Positions 23,455 through 37,394 of a stretch of DNA of 64,000 nt are shown piece by piece; the stretch's first letter is position 1, and every line of letters starts with the position of its first letter. Position numbers and translations under genes: made by a program. The stretch is from Phoronis australis (taxonomy: Eukaryota; Animalia; Phoronida), in assembly GCA_002633005.1 (NCBI GenBank), contig NMRA01000040.1, positions 389,362 through 453,361 of the forward strand, in the 5' to 3' direction. The notes beneath the pieces are model-generated. The model ran no database searches, was not told where the DNA came from, and saw nothing but the letters and a program-made list of their open reading frames with translations.

Positions 23455-23620
23455 CGACAATAACAGTATTCCTGCAGATGAGCAAAATGGATTCCGTGGT
23501 GGTCGTTCATGTGTTAATCATTTGTATTGCTCGACAGTAATCGTTCGAACATCTCACGTCGTCTCAACTTTTGCGGCATTCGTTGACATGGGAAAAGCAT
23601 TTTTTGAGTTAGAAAGATAG
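23455..23620 (+). mobile_element. Non-LTR retrotransposon reverse transcriptase fragment
   Basis: IPADEQNGFRGGRSCVNHL...TFAAFVDMGKAF matches LINE RT motifs Q.GFR..RS and F.D..KAFD. Confidence 0.8.
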
Positions 23621-26600
23621 GATTTATTACCCCCAAAAACGTTAAGTTACAATTGAAATGTCGTCTGTATAGTACAGTAAAAATGATTTAAGAATGATTT
23701 CGTGAAACTATTCTACTTGATAATAAGACCAGAAAATGGCATTCGTCTGACCCATATGCTTTTTTTTGCTTTTTAAGTAGCTGATCAGCATTTTACCTTA
23801 GGGTAAAACATATGCTAGACAGCTCATTTGTTTGGGCCTACGTGGCAAGTGTTCGTCTAAGTACGCGAGAAATATCATTCGTTCAGACTAATGTATTGAC
23901 AAGAGGATCACACCATCGTTGCTGAAATTACCGCGCGCGGGAATTCGAAGTAATCGCATTTGCTTTTGATATTCACAGTCGTGCAAGACTTCAACGGGTC
24001 AGCGGCTGTGGGAAAATATCCTAACCACACACCTAATTGTGAAAGTCTACACATAATTTTTCAACCATGTTCATCATCAATCTAAACTCTTATTTTCGCT
24101 CGTGTGACCATGCGAAACAGGCGAGGCGACTGACTAATAATGACTGGTACAGTCAACATATGTTGGTGGCCAAGACAGTTCCTGTAATATTACACCCCTT
24201 TTCCTTCACGTGTCTTGGCGTCTTTAAGCTCCCAAGACTAGAAACCACACAAACACTTGATGGTCACAGAAAGCGAGAGAGATCGCCCGATTTTGTCTTA
24301 AGAACTTCAAAGCGCGTTTTGTCCAGAGCTTCTTCAAATTTGACAACCAAATTCGGACAGAAATTCATTGTTCATATAATATGCAAAAGCAGTCGATTCT
24401 CGTTATGCACAACGAACTTCGTTTATTACGTTCTATCGCTCATGACGTTCCATTCCAGAAGTTCAAAATATAATACACCTCTCATTTTCCACGAACTGTT
24501 TCAATGTCCCTTCGCGTATGTTCGGGGATGAAGCCATCAAGAGTTGAGTAACCGTGAACCAACACGGAGAGTAAGAATGGGCCTAGTACCAGTACACTGT
24601 CCGGTAGCGAGGAGGTGCCTCAAGTAGCTATAGCTGAGATCTAACAGTGTGAAAATACGAAATTCCCAATGAACTAAAGCTATATTTGCAGATCGGCTCA
24701 GCTTTGATTCATTTGAAACAGACAGCTCGTACCGGCCGTCTGCGCTCGCTCTAAGGTCAAGATTCGTTTTATTGTGATCCAGTTTCAGGAAAACTTTATT
24801 TCATTATGGTCATTCTTTGAAGGAGTTTTTTTGAAAGGGAGACGTCCCGAAGTCCCTGGTATAGTTCCTTTGAGGCTGGTTCAAAATGCCTAGTTGAAAC
24901 ACGTCAGGTAGTCCAGTTTCTGGTGGATGGGGAAAAGGATATTATGTCCCAAATAGGTACACACTTCCTGAACGCCTCGAGTTCAAATTCAGTTCCGGTG
25001 GATCACTGAGATTCTGCGCGGGCCTACTGCAGGGTTACATATTATTTTTAACGTGGCTACGTCAGTCATGACGTGCACGCGAATCAGGACAAGCAATCAA
25101 TTCAGTTTTGAACAAAAATTCATTGCTCAATACTACTGGAAACTAAAAACACCAAGAACGTGTAATGACAACCTTTCCAAGCAATGAGTTTAATTTTATT
25201 TATTTAAGGATTTTAAAACGTTTTTTCTATCTACGGTTTGTGAGTCCGAATTTCATCAATGTCTTTGAGAGTTATTTTAGATATGAAAAAATCGTCTACA
25301 AGTGTACTTTACTATTTGGGGTTTTGATTATGGAATTTTTCTAACTTCAGGCTGCACTGAAACATCAATTCTTACAAGATTAGCTTCTAATTGTCAAAAA
25401 TCATCTATGAATCTATCGATTTTCTTAGGTACATAAACAAGTTAATCATAAACCAACGAATTAATTTATCAAAACGGAATGTTATAAGCAATTTCCGCAT
25501 GCATGCTTGCAGACTTTTGACGGGTAACCGAGGGAATATGGGACATAGGGCATCTGTATTAAGGTGTATTTTTGCTATTTCAGAGGTACCTACATGTATA
25601 ACGGTTCACGAGGTAAACTTGAACCCCAGTGACAAAAAACGCTGAAATTTTGTTTATGATTTTGTGTGTTCTTTGAGTACCGCCTTTCGACATGTACATG
25701 GTCATCACAAATAGTAGCCTAGACAGCAGTGTTTTCCACATGTGGGAATTCCTTACAAACAACTCATAGTAACCATCTTCAAAAGAGATACAATTCTTGT
25801 GATACTACGGGAAACAGTAACATTATTTAACAAACTAACCATCGGAAATAGTCCTTTTGTTTAATTCACAAATAGTGGTTTTCACGTTCTTCAAAATTCC
25901 ACCCTTTCAATCGAGGCAATCCTACTGTATTTTTTGCATTTTTGGTTGTTTGGGTCGAATGTCTGTGCTATGCACGAATGTGTTGTCTTTTTTGATGAAT
26001 TTGGAATCTTAACTTCCGTCGTGAATACTTGGCAGTGTCGGAATCACATGTATAGAGGGACAAAGGGACATTTCCTCCGAACTGCTCCACCGAGAGAGGG
26101 TACCGTCTGAAATGGGACATCTTAAAATGAAAGGCTAAACATCATTAAGCTTGGAAAAAAGTGACAGTGCATTCCACCGTCGCGTGGTCCCAAAGCGATG
26201 CAGGAAGTGACCTCCTTCAACATGAAAGCCGGTTGCACGATTTCACAAAAAACAGGAAAATAGAGGTAATGGATTCCAACATTAGGCCCTCTCTCCGTGA
26301 GCGGCCGCTTAAGAATTTGTCAATAAAAATACAAAAAAGGTGGCCACTTGAATGTCATCAATGGCATCCTTCAAGGGCGGGGCTCCTAAATATGAAAATA
26401 TCCATATTTTCAAATATCCGGAAATTCGTAGCAATTGATGTTATTTGTCAGGTCATCAATTTTTCTCAAGTATATACAGTTTCGAGAAGAAATATAGCGA
26501 AAGTTGTCTCCGTTGGCATCTGGAAAAGTATAGTTTTGCTTTCGATAAATTGACCTATCGAATTAAAAAATCCAATAAATTAGTACGCTGCGTAAAAGCT

Positions 26601-27536
26601 TCGCTTTACAAATTTTCTCGATTTTTCGAAATATATGTATGAATGACTTCGTGAATGTTTTCAAGTGCGTTCAGACGACCTGAGCTGCAAAAGCGGAGAC
26701 CCTAAAGACAATGTCCTGGCCAGGGTCCTCAAGAGGTAAACCATGCACTGAAGTTCTCTTGAATTTTCTCTCTTATCCGTATTTCGTAATCTTTCTTTTC
26801 TCGACTGTCCCCTGCCCCACGCCTATGTCGGTTGCCATGGTTTAACCCTTACGCTTGAAAAAATTTTTTGGGGCCCCCCGCTTCCTACGGCCCTGACAAC
26901 ACAAGCCGAACTTTCCCTCCATCAAAATTTTATTCGTTACAGAAAGCCACGGGGTTAATGCCGCTTTAAACTGCTGTTATGGAGAAAAACGTCCATGGTA
27001 TAAATTGAATAAGTTACGACGCGAGACACGTAATATAATGAGTATTACTGCCCAAGCCAATACAAAATTGCTTGTTTATTTTGATAAGGAAATAATGACC
27101 CCTGTTGGACTTTCTCTGAGGCTGCCCAAAGTGAGAGAACCAATTTACTTTGAGTTACTGTAGCATTAGAACCCTACGACGGAACCGTTCTTTAAATCAA
27201 TAATGTCCTAACGTTCGACACTGCGAATGTCGTTGCTTCCCACAAAATCCGCATGAAATTCTCGTTGTAATTAAAGAATGTTAAAATCCTTCCTATGCTT
27301 TGTGTGACAGAACTTAGGTCTCACTTAACTGTTTGATATTTGAGTGATTCAGTCACACTAGCTTGTGTAGCTTTCGTTGTTATGACCCTTGCAATGGTCA
27401 GAAAATTCAAGGATAACCACAATCCGTTAAAGACTAAACGATAAAGCTATCTCAGCTTTGTGGGCGTTTGAAGCCTGGCCACTCAAACCATTCTCTTACT
27501 CGTGCACCTGGATTTTCTAAGAGTGGTACGAGGCGT

Positions 27537-28928
27537 ATAATTCTCCTAAAGACGTTTATAATGCACCGGATAGGGTCAATTAGTGCAAAGGTCATGTAAC
27601 GTTCAAAATGGTATATCTCTTAGGTTTTTCAAGGAATTCTTTTCAATTTCAGCACACTAGTGTATGTCAACATGCCAATTGAACAACCTACTTAACTACG
27701 CAATAGGCCTAACCAATCAGAAAAAAATAGGTCAAAGGTCATTGAGTGCAAAATTAAAATTTTAAGCTAAAGGCTTCAAAATTACATATCTGTTTACTAA
27801 ATGCGATTGAGTTTGAATTCTAAATTTTTGGGTCATTTGGTGCAACCATGGGGTCATTAGGTGCATTTTTCTTCTGAAAGTTTGACCAATTCATTCATGT
27901 TGTATTCTTAAGTGCTTAAAGCAAAACATTTGTGATTCTAAGCGTTAACCACACTTTAAATTGGTTTTACAATTATTCCCTCATCGGGGTTCATAATGCA
28001 CCGGAAGAGGTCAGTAAGTGGAAAGGTCATCAAAAAATTAACATGTAATTACTCCTACAATTTTAAAGAATTCCTTTTCATATTGGTAAACGGGTTGCTG
28101 CCAGTAACTTCCCATAACAATTCCTTTAATACGCACGCGCAGAGTCCATTATTGTCACGCCGTGACAATAATCTTTCTAGTTCTTCTTCTTATTCTTTTT
28201 CCGACCAACTTTGAGGCTTAATAACTCCAAATTGGGTGCAGGTACGGTCTTTAAATTCAGCATATGACTTTTGACAGTATATAAATTTAGATTGGTTATA
28301 TAATCATATTCCGTATAGCACCGGAAGAGGTCGTTTGGTGCAAAGGTTATATAATTTTCAAAATGCTACTCCTCCTTCAGTTTTAAAGCTATCTTTTTCT
28401 AATTCGGTGCACAGGTATAAGTCAACATGACAATTCAAAAAATTACTTTTCTAAGTCATCCAATCACGTGAAATAGGTCAAAGGTCATTAGGTGCAAACT
28501 AAAATTTTGAGCTAGACACTTCAAATTGACAGGTCTGATTGCCACAGGTAAATCAAATCGGAATCCAAAGTTTCAGGTCATTTAGTGCAAACATGGGGTC
28601 ATTAGGTGCATTTTTCTTCTGAAAGTTTGACCACTTCATTCATCTTGTATTCTGAAGTGCTTAAAGTAAAACATCTGTGATTATAAGCATTAACCACACT
28701 TTTAATCGAGTTAACAATTACTCCCTCATCGGGGCTCATAATGCACCGAAAGAGGTCAATTAGTGGAAAGGTCATCAAAAAAATAATATGTAATTTCTCC
28801 TACAATTTTAAAGAATTCCTTTTCATATTTTTAAACGGGTTGCTGTCAGTAACTTCCCATAATAATTCCAGTAATACGCACGCGCAGAGTTCGTTATTTT
28901 TCACGCCGTGACAATAATCTTTCTAGTT
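27537..28928 (+). mobile_element. Two head-to-tail copies of the same HINE-like family (5'-truncated copy plus short copy)
   Basis: Same repeat unit and the same 3' end (gcacgcgcagagt...cacgccgtgacaataatctttctagtt) at about 28135-28182 and 28877-28928. The second copy restarts with ccgaccaactttgaggcttaataactcc at 28201. Confidence 0.8.
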
Positions 28929-29329
28929 GGGTCTGTCATTGTGTGGTAAAAAAGTCACGTGTGTGGAAGTTTGCCACTCTCGCTGATTTTTTTTTTAGAA
29001 ATCAAAACTACGCGACAGTGAACTTCCAAGCATTATTTTTGTGTTCGCAAAATTACGCTTCTGGGCAAGTTTGTTTCTGACTTATAGTTAACTGTCTGGC
29101 CTACTTAAAAGCCCAGTATATTCAGTTGAAAGATAATGGAAAAAATGTATGGGATTGATAATGGAGACAGGCACATGTTACACGAAAACGTTTTCCACTC
29201 AGTGAGTTTTGCTTGTATAGTACATGTACACATCATTGACTTTGCCCCCCAACTGAAATTCCTAGATCCGACACTGATTCTGTAGTGAGCAGATGGGTCG
29301 GGCTAGGGGAGCCAAGAGAATTACACTAA

Positions 29330-29830
29330 AAAATTGAGCTAGATCAACTTTTCTAGTAACCACTTAAAACTGCCTTCAATACCTGCTACGTCATCCATTG
29401 TATCAAAATTGGTCACTGCCAGACAATTTCAGTGGTGGGGAGTACCCGCCAGACGAACATATTCAGGGTACAAAAATTGAGCTAGATCAACCCAAGAGGT
29501 AACCGCCTAAAACCAGTTCCAAAATATTCACCGTAAGCCCAGGTATCACGAATAAACACTGCCAGACAAATCTAGTGTTGGGTTAGCCACGCCAGACACG
29601 CCCAAATACATGAATTGAGCTAGATCAATCCAAGAGGTAACCACATAAAACCAGTTGCAAAATATTCGCCGTAAGACCAGGTATTAAGAATAAATACTGC
29701 CAGACAAATCTAGTGGTGGGTTATCCCTGCCAGACAAGCCCAAGTACCTGAGTTGAGCTAGATCAACCCGCCAGGTAACTGCTTGAAACCATTTGCATAA
29801 TGTCGAGCAACATTCTGCATGCAACAAAAG
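29330..29830. repeat. Tandem repeat of about 137-143 bp, about 4 units
   Basis: Anchor ttgagctagatcaac at about 29334, 29477, 29614 and 29752, each followed by ctgccagaca-like motifs. Confidence 0.85.
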
Positions 29831-29989
29831 ATACTTTACAGACATTTTTTAGACGCCCCTAAGTCTCTACTCAAATGCATATATCCTATTCAGGCCCTTA
29901 GCCAGCATTGAGCGGGGGTGGTTCGAATTTCAAGAACGGTGGATCTTGGTAGACACTGTAGAGTTTTCGGTGATGCCTTTGACGCACTT

Positions 29990-30190
29990 AATTAGGGGGA
30001 AGGGAAATCTGTATACATGACGACGACTCATGTTCATGAGATGAGACGGAATTTGTAATTCCAGATACGAGGATGCTGTGACGGTTGCTCTCAAAGAACG
30101 GGACATAAATTGGGATGTTATGTGGTCCAAAAAGAGAACATTCTCGCGTTATTTCCTGCCGAAGTTTCAAATCAGCCATGCTTAAATGAG
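29990..30190 (-). mobile_element. Second Crypton-like recombinase fragment
   Basis: HITSQFMSRSLRATVTASS; nucleotide match to about 22730-22880. Confidence 0.5.
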
Positions 30191-30889
30191 TGATTACACC
30201 TCATTGCATACTCAGACGGAAATATGAAGTCTAGTTGACGAATGACTTAACAAAATTGTATATCTGTTGTATTTTAGAGTGTTACTTAAGTTTACTTCTC
30301 GGAAGGTTCACTGACTGTTCCGAAGGTTCACTACTTCAACGATTCACCACTCCGAAGCTTCACCGCTCCAAACATCTAAACTTTCAGACTCAGATGTGAT
30401 TTTTCAACTTTTACATGGTAAAATAAACGATATTTCGGCTATTAGATGCACCTATACCGAAAACAACGCCCGGGCACTAAAACACTATGGGTTTTATGTA
30501 GACAGTGACCACCGTCTCCAGCTGGCCAGCACAACTAGAAACGGTAGTCAGATTTCAGGCGCATGCGAAATTGCCCGCATGTCTTAAAATGAGTACGCAC
30601 TTGCATACTGAAATGATATGAAGGAGGAATACTTATCAATTATCAGCCATGACACAATTCATCGAATCCATGTAAAGATCGAATCGCAGCGCGACGCGCA
30701 CGGCCGGGTTGAAACTAAATGAAGTTACTAGACTACCCTGTCTCTGCCAGTCCTCACGAAGTCAGGGAGTCCCATTTAGTCTTCTTAAATTTGAAACCGC
30801 CGTTGGTCGCCGCAGCCGTGCCCCAGACGTTGTCTGCTTGAGAATGAGTCGTGATCACACAACCAAAGTAGTGAACTGTCGGAATTCTG

Positions 30890-31290
30890 GGCCCAATCTC
30901 GAATCTTTTTACACGAAATGGAACTCGAAATAACGTTTGGCATTTTTTAATCTACTTTTGTGGTAACTCAAGATAAGTGTCCATTACTCAATGCTCGAAT
31001 ACATAATGACTTACGTGGATGATTGATTAGTCCTAGTTTGCAGTTGACAAATCCAACATTAAAGCTAAAAGTTTGAGTTTGAACTCGAAATTTTGAGTTT
31101 TTACTCGAGTTTGTAGCACGCATATATGGGTTTTTAAGTGGAAACTTGGACTAGAAACTCATATGCATGAACTATAATTATTCGAGCACAATCTGATAAC
31201 CACTTATCTTGAGTTCGCACAAAAGGAGCAGAGAAATTGCCAAAAATAATTTCCAGTTCGTTTCGAGTACAAAGATTAGAGACCGGGCCC
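30890..31290. mobile_element. About 400-bp MITE with about 90-bp imperfect TIRs (GGCCC termini, Harbinger/Tourist-like)
   Basis: ggcccaatctcgaatcttttacacgaaa...aactcaagataagtg is mirrored by cacttatcttgagtt...tttcgagtacaaagattagagaccgggcc, with CWG-like flanks. Confidence 0.7.
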
Positions 31291-32049
31291 AGGGTTTGGA
31301 ATAGTGGAAATTCAAAGTAGTGATCTTTAGAAAATAACGAACCTTCGGAGTAATGGGCATTTTGAGTACTGGATCTTCGGAGTATTGAACCTTCGTCCTA
31401 GTGATATGGAACCCTGGAAATCTTTTCCATCTAGTTTGTGGCTCGTATGAAGTCTGCAGGGTTGTGCACCATTGACATTGATTGACTAGAGAAGACTTTC
31501 ATAGACCAAAGATGATGTCTATGCCTACCTTTCCGTCATAACGTGAAAATGCTCAACAGTGTATTCTCAGTGGCCAAGGTTATTTTCTTCACCTGCAAAG
31601 GTTGTTGATTTACATGTTAATTGTAACTACGAAAATCGACTGAATCATAACTGATTTTGTTGCAATTATAACCTTATCTTGTAACAAATTTGCGATTCAG
31701 AGTCGGAACTTTGAAGCGGGAGGAAGTTTATTAAAATGTCAAACATCAACCTCAAAGTATTAGTGCAAGAGAGGTGATTTTTTGCCACTCTGAAATAAGC
31801 CTCTAAGAATTTAGAAAATTTAGACGAACAATAGTGAAATTTAGGCAGTTCAGCATCCTTTTTCCGCCCCGGTGGATGTAGTCATGTGCACTCAAACTTC
31901 GGGTATCCATTTTCAAGGACGGGATTTTGAAACTGAAAGCACATTAGGCAGTGTACAAGAGACACCTAGGAGCCACTGCAACCGTATTAAGTGTACCCCT
32001 TCAAAGCATGACACTAATAAGATAAAAAATTAACCAAACTGGAATTAAT

Positions 32050-32480
32050 TTAGTGAACCCTGGCCTTAGAATGAATTTTTACTGACCCTCAGAAATAGAT
32101 GAAACCATAATCGAAATTTCCGACACGATGTTCCATCCACTCATTCCGAAACTAATGATACTGTTTTTCCATGTATTTCTCCGGTTGTTGCAGCTCGCAG
32201 TAGGTGTTTCTTAGGTTTTTATCGTCCCTCAGACATGCTCAAACATAAAACTTTTTCGTAAAAATGTGTTGACGCTTGGTAGTCAAGTTTCTGGTGGCTG
32301 TCTCTCCGCACGCCTATAGCAAGGAAATGTGAAATACTCGACAACTAAGCGAAGCTGAGGTGGTGGCAACGTAGGGACGACATGTGACTTACCACAAGCG
32401 CGGCGATGGGGTGGAGATAAACATATTGTTACATACATAACTGACGCCGACATGGGTGCCAGTGGAGGTAAAAGGTTGGT
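32050..32480 (+). mobile_element. Scrambled Harbinger/ISL2EU-type DDE transposase fragments
   Basis: Fragments IDETIIEI, VKFLVAVSPH, QLSEAEVVAT and WGGDKHIV resemble PIF/Harbinger transposase motifs. They are broken and partly out of order. Confidence 0.4.
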
Positions 32481-33322
32481 TTGTACATCAGCCTTGAATT
32501 GCATGCCAGTCTCTAACAGGAGCTGAGTGCGGGTTCAAACAATGTACATGCACAGACAAATGGGAGAAGAGCTCCACCTGCCTGCAAACAATAGAAGCAA
32601 ATAGTTACGCATTACTGGGACGATATACTCTTATCCTGATATAGGCTTGCTATTCGTCAGGTGATCCAGATAATTATTGGGCACTCACGGTAAATTTTCT
32701 CGACAATGGAACGTCACAGGCCGCCACACGACACGCTCAAACTGTTCTTAGTGTGGTATGGAAGCCGTGACTCATCCTCAATATTTAGTGGAGATTTCCG
32801 CTGACTTTCAAAAGCTTGGCAGCCTTCTACTCGACGGACATTCGTTGAATAGTCTTCTACCTATGACGAACCCTTACTGAACGGTCGCCTTGAGTCAAAA
32901 TTAGGTGATCAGTGCAATGGGCCCAGTCGTGGTGGCCTATTAGGGTCTAAGCATTCCTGGTGAAGCCCTCAACAACGATCCCGGTTGATTAAAGCCATGC
33001 GTATACTGCGTCCGATGGTATTTCGATAGCTTCCGATAATTTCCGACAAGTGCTTCAAAATTGCGACTTTTGATCAATATCGTCGGCATTTGAGCCTCAC
33101 ATCACACGATTACTGTAGAACTTGAGTCGATGGTTCACGGTCCGTTTAATGTGATGCATTTACAATGTGAATCAAAGCTGGCGTGTAACAGATGTTAGGC
33201 ACTAAACCTGCCCGTAAAGATGATCTCACCCGTTCTTGGTTTGGTGGCTAAAGGGCAGAGTCAATAGCCTGACTGTTGAGCTTAGCCCGCGCGTTTTCAG
33301 CCGACTAAATTTGATTGACAAA

Positions 33323-35240
33323 TCTTAAATAAGTTTAACTTTCGATGGCAAAGCCATGTTAGAAACACACTACACATATCACAATCACCCAAAACTATCA
33401 CTGATCATTGTTTGGGGGGGTTGCCAAGCTTGAAATTGCGAATTAATGAACTTATTAACGTTTTAAGTTGGGAATATTCGAGTTAAGCTTGCCTTATGAT
33501 GATGAGGTAACCAAGGTCATTTCAGGTCGTCAAGTAAGCAACTCTCTCATTGGTTAATGGCTGGCTAATATCCTTTGCGCTAGCCAAAGAAAAACAGGGT
33601 CACATGCAGAAAACAACATCCTGTGTGTCTGCTTCTAGGGATGCCACTTGTGATTGATGTGGTTATTTATTTAAAGTGGCAATAGTAATTACGTGCAAAT
33701 TATGCTAAAATGTCTGAGCCTTTGCCATAAATCATCTTTGCAGTGTTAAATACAGAACAGCGTCTATATTTATTCTTTTTCACATTTATTTATTTTTGTA
33801 CTCTGACTAAGCCCTGGGCTAAAGCAGTCTGTGACTGTCACATTCTATTCACGTGATTTTACAGGGTTTGCATTGGAATTTGTCAGTGAACTTGAGGTTT
33901 TTGATTTTACTGCATTCACAAGTTGTTATTTAGTCATGGCTTGTATACCTCAAACAATCATCTGTTACTATGCTAAGAATTTACTGATGGCACGTCAGCT
34001 CACCCTATTTGTATACCTATTTGGCCGTGCGTCCGACGTGGCTGAAAATGGCTTGTGCTTTCACAGCGTCAAAACCTAGAGTTGGCTGAAAAAACAATAT
34101 ACATTTTTTGAAGACTCCAATAAAACTTTACTCTCTGCAGCAGAACGGAAGAAAGGAAATGATGACTTTTAAGTCATCATTTCCTTAAAAACCTACTGTA
34201 AAATTTCCCTGTACAAGCGAAATAATGCAGTTTCTGGGAACTGAATGCTGAAAAATGCAAGGATCCAGAATACAGGGGTATAAGCCTGTAAGACCATAGC
34301 ATTTCTTTGGATGTAAGGCCAATCGATATTTTCTATGTGTTTTCTGCCAATCAGCCATGATCTGTACTGTCACAATTAATAAAGCAAGGACTGACTACTC
34401 CGTGAAAATAATGGATTACATAATAAAGCAAAACAGCACGTGTTGTACGTTCTAAAGCTCTTCGTTTTGTGACGTGTTCACCTAACTATGCTGTTGTGAT
34501 TCCAAAATACCTGGTTACTGTGGCAACAGAGCACCTTCAATCTTGGCCACTGCCCCAAGTTTTTAGGGAGGGTCACCAAAATGACTTGTTCATGGTCGCC
34601 TGCTATCTAAAATGACTGCCATAAAGCCCAAAAGTGGAAATCTTGATCGTGCAAATACTTAGTTACCATGGTAACGACACCCAATTAAGCTTAGCAGCAC
34701 ATCTAAATTTCAACAACGAGTCTACCCAAGTACCTTTGGCAAGGTTGCCAACTTCTAAGGTGAATTTTTCTTCAAACCTAAAATTGCAAATGTTGACATG
34801 CAAAATACATGGTTATCAGGACAACAGCGCATATTTTAGCTTAGCAATCCTCCTACGATATTTCAAGGGAGAGCTACTAACTCTATAAATATTTTGAGCA
34901 AGGTTTTCTGCTTCCAACATGACTGCCATCAAATTTATTTTGACAGGCTAATACAGGAAGTTGTTCTCTGTATGTGACCCTGTTTTTCATTGGCTAGTTC
35001 AAAGCATATTAGCCACACACAATCCAACGAGATTGGTGCTTACCTGAAATGACCTACTTAGTTACCTCATCAGTGTAAGATAAGCTTAAAGAGAATAATG
35101 CTAACTTAAAACCTTAATAACTTTGTTAATTCGCAATTTTTGTTTGACAAACTGTCAAACTGTAATCAATAATAGTTTTACGTGATTGTGGTACCTTTTG
35201 TTTGGTTCTAACAAGACTGCCATCAAAACCTTATTTAAAA
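33323..35240. mobile_element. About 1.9-kb non-autonomous element with long degenerate terminal inverted repeats
   Basis: ttaaataag...gatggca...ttagaa...aaattgcgaattaa...ttttaagtt (33323-33640) is mirrored by aacttaaaa...ttaattcgcaattt...ttctaa...tgccatc...cttatttaa (about 34950-35240). Confidence 0.7.
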
Positions 35241-36824
35241 CTTTTGACCGGCTGGCTTTTATCGTGGGTTTTCCTCCGAGAGAGAGAGCACGTCTCTTCT
35301 TAGAATTGCGTAGTCACCTTGACAACGCTTGGCGGAGTTAACTAATCAGACCACATCTTTAACATTTGAAAGTTTTGTAACAAAGTGCGCTGTTCTAATA
35401 AATTACTGTTTGTTTACAAGACTCCTGTCAAAAAAATTTTATGTTATGTTGCGTCCAAGTGAACCAATTCACCAGTTCACAATATTCATGCGCGCACCCC
35501 ATTTAGCGAAGTGGGTAAAAATGGTCCGCCTCAGAGAATCAAAAGTTCGAGAAAACGAGACAAAGTCCACTAAAAAGGCGCAGACGTACAGTTCACAGAC
35601 CTGAGGGTGGTACCCCGTTTTTTGTTAGCAAAAGGTCCACTTTGTCTGAGATTCGAGCCCCCCATATTAAAGGCTGGGTTCGGGCTTGATATTTACCGAC
35701 AATTCGTCATGTTTGAACAACCCTGACCTGGTGACCATTCTTAGTCATGAGCCCACTACAAATTTCAACTGAGTGTAATTGGGGTAGACATTAAGGAGAT
35801 GAGGGTCATTTTATCATGTACAAACAAAAAATACACTTTTATGATACAGCATTTCAGAAAGGCTTCCTTTGTACAGGGTGCAACACAACACATATTTCTG
35901 AGGCAGTCTCAATCATATTATTTATTGATTTTAAGTTTGATTTCGGTTAACAATGGTGTGATAGTTTGGACAAGTACAATTTGACGGGTACGATTACACT
36001 CACTCGCCGCAAATCAAAGGCATATTGCAGGGAAATTCCCATTACGACTTGTTGTTCATAACTCCAGATTGAATTACTCCAGCTGGCATTGTCCCAACTA
36101 TCCAACAGTCACTTTTGCAGTCTATTACGGATGGATCTGTGATGTCATGAGAGGGCCTCAGTCGCAATTTTTGAATGAAAATGTTCACATCACTTCTAAA
36201 AATACACTAACTTGTGGTTGTGTCCGGTGTTAACCCCTTACTCACCTTCTCTTAACCCACCTATGTTGGTCAAAGATTTGTGCGATAGTGACTTTTCGTT
36301 CCAAATGTCCCGGGATAAACAGTTGTTTGATGTCTTGTGACAGATAAGGAGTCCATATAAATATCGAAGCGACAAGAGGAGGTCACATTATCAGAGATAG
36401 CGAGCTCAGCAACTCTCTTTCCGTAAGTTTTTTTTATAATAGTCTCCTACCATCTGTGTTTTCTTTCAAAACGTATCGCCAATTTAATACAATTCAGACC
36501 TAAAAATATAATAATTAGTTTCTTGTCTAGCTTTGGATATAGAAGAAACAAATGTACCTCTAATTAAGATTTCGTCTTCATCTTAAAATATCTTATTAAT
36601 AAAAAAACCCATCTTCCAAAAAATTAAGTTTTGAGACTTACTGTGACGGCTTTCAATGTCATGTTATGATCTATTGCCAGATATCGTACACAGTGTGACA
36701 CCGTCTTTGGAAATAGATCAAGTAAGATCTCTCAAGAAAGCCGAAAAGCGAATTTCCGATGACGCATTCAGTTAAGCACTGTATTCATCAACGTGTCTTT
36801 TTTCAGTTACAACCCTGCCATACC

Positions 36825-36960
36825 ATGGACACGGCGTCGGACAGACAGGACCACGCAGCTACTTATGGTATCACCAAGGACTTCCTTGAAAAGGTTCTGC
36901 AGACGTCAGACAATGACGTTACAATAAATAAGTTTGAAGTGGTTCCCGCTACCGAAAAAG
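36825..36960 (+). CDS. Duplicate (probably allelic) copy of the EcKL first coding exon
   Basis: MDTASDRQDHAATYGITKDFLEKVLQTSDNDVTINKFEVVPATEK followed by G|GTAACG; differs from 38629-38764 at 4 residues. Confidence 0.6.
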
Positions 36961-37394
36961 GTAACGTACTATCACCTCTTTGACTTAAAGATACTCTTCA
37001 TTTAACTTCACCAATTTAGAATAAAGCATGAGTTTTGTTAGTCGAAAAATATCGCTAAAATGAAAACATTTCCTAAATTTCGACAATTTATGTTTGTCTT
37101 ATTTTACTGGTAAATTTTTAAAGTTTATTTAGCAAAGAAGCAGGTTTCGGCGGAAACCTCATTACATGTGACGGTAGTTGACTGAGTACCCATAATGCAC
37201 GATTGTGGGCTTAAGTATCGACAGAACAATTAACGTGCGTTCGATTTCGTTTCATGAAGTTTTTAAGTAAAATTAAGTTGAAAGAGCATCGTTAACAATT
37301 TTCTCAAAGGTTTTGGGAGAAACATCCGTCTCTGTTATTACCGTATGTAAAAATGCAAATCCCTAGTTATTTTGTATTATAGAGATGTTTTCTA

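Noticed and set aside
24067-25000. 154-aa plus-strand ORF and possible BEL/Pao gag relic on the minus strand
   Set aside because: No recognisable motif in the ORF; the gag resemblance is too weak to support.
29330-29830. Regularly spaced repeats resembling a CRISPR array
   Set aside because: The intervening sequences are homologous to each other, the context is eukaryotic and there are no cas genes; this is a plain tandem repeat.
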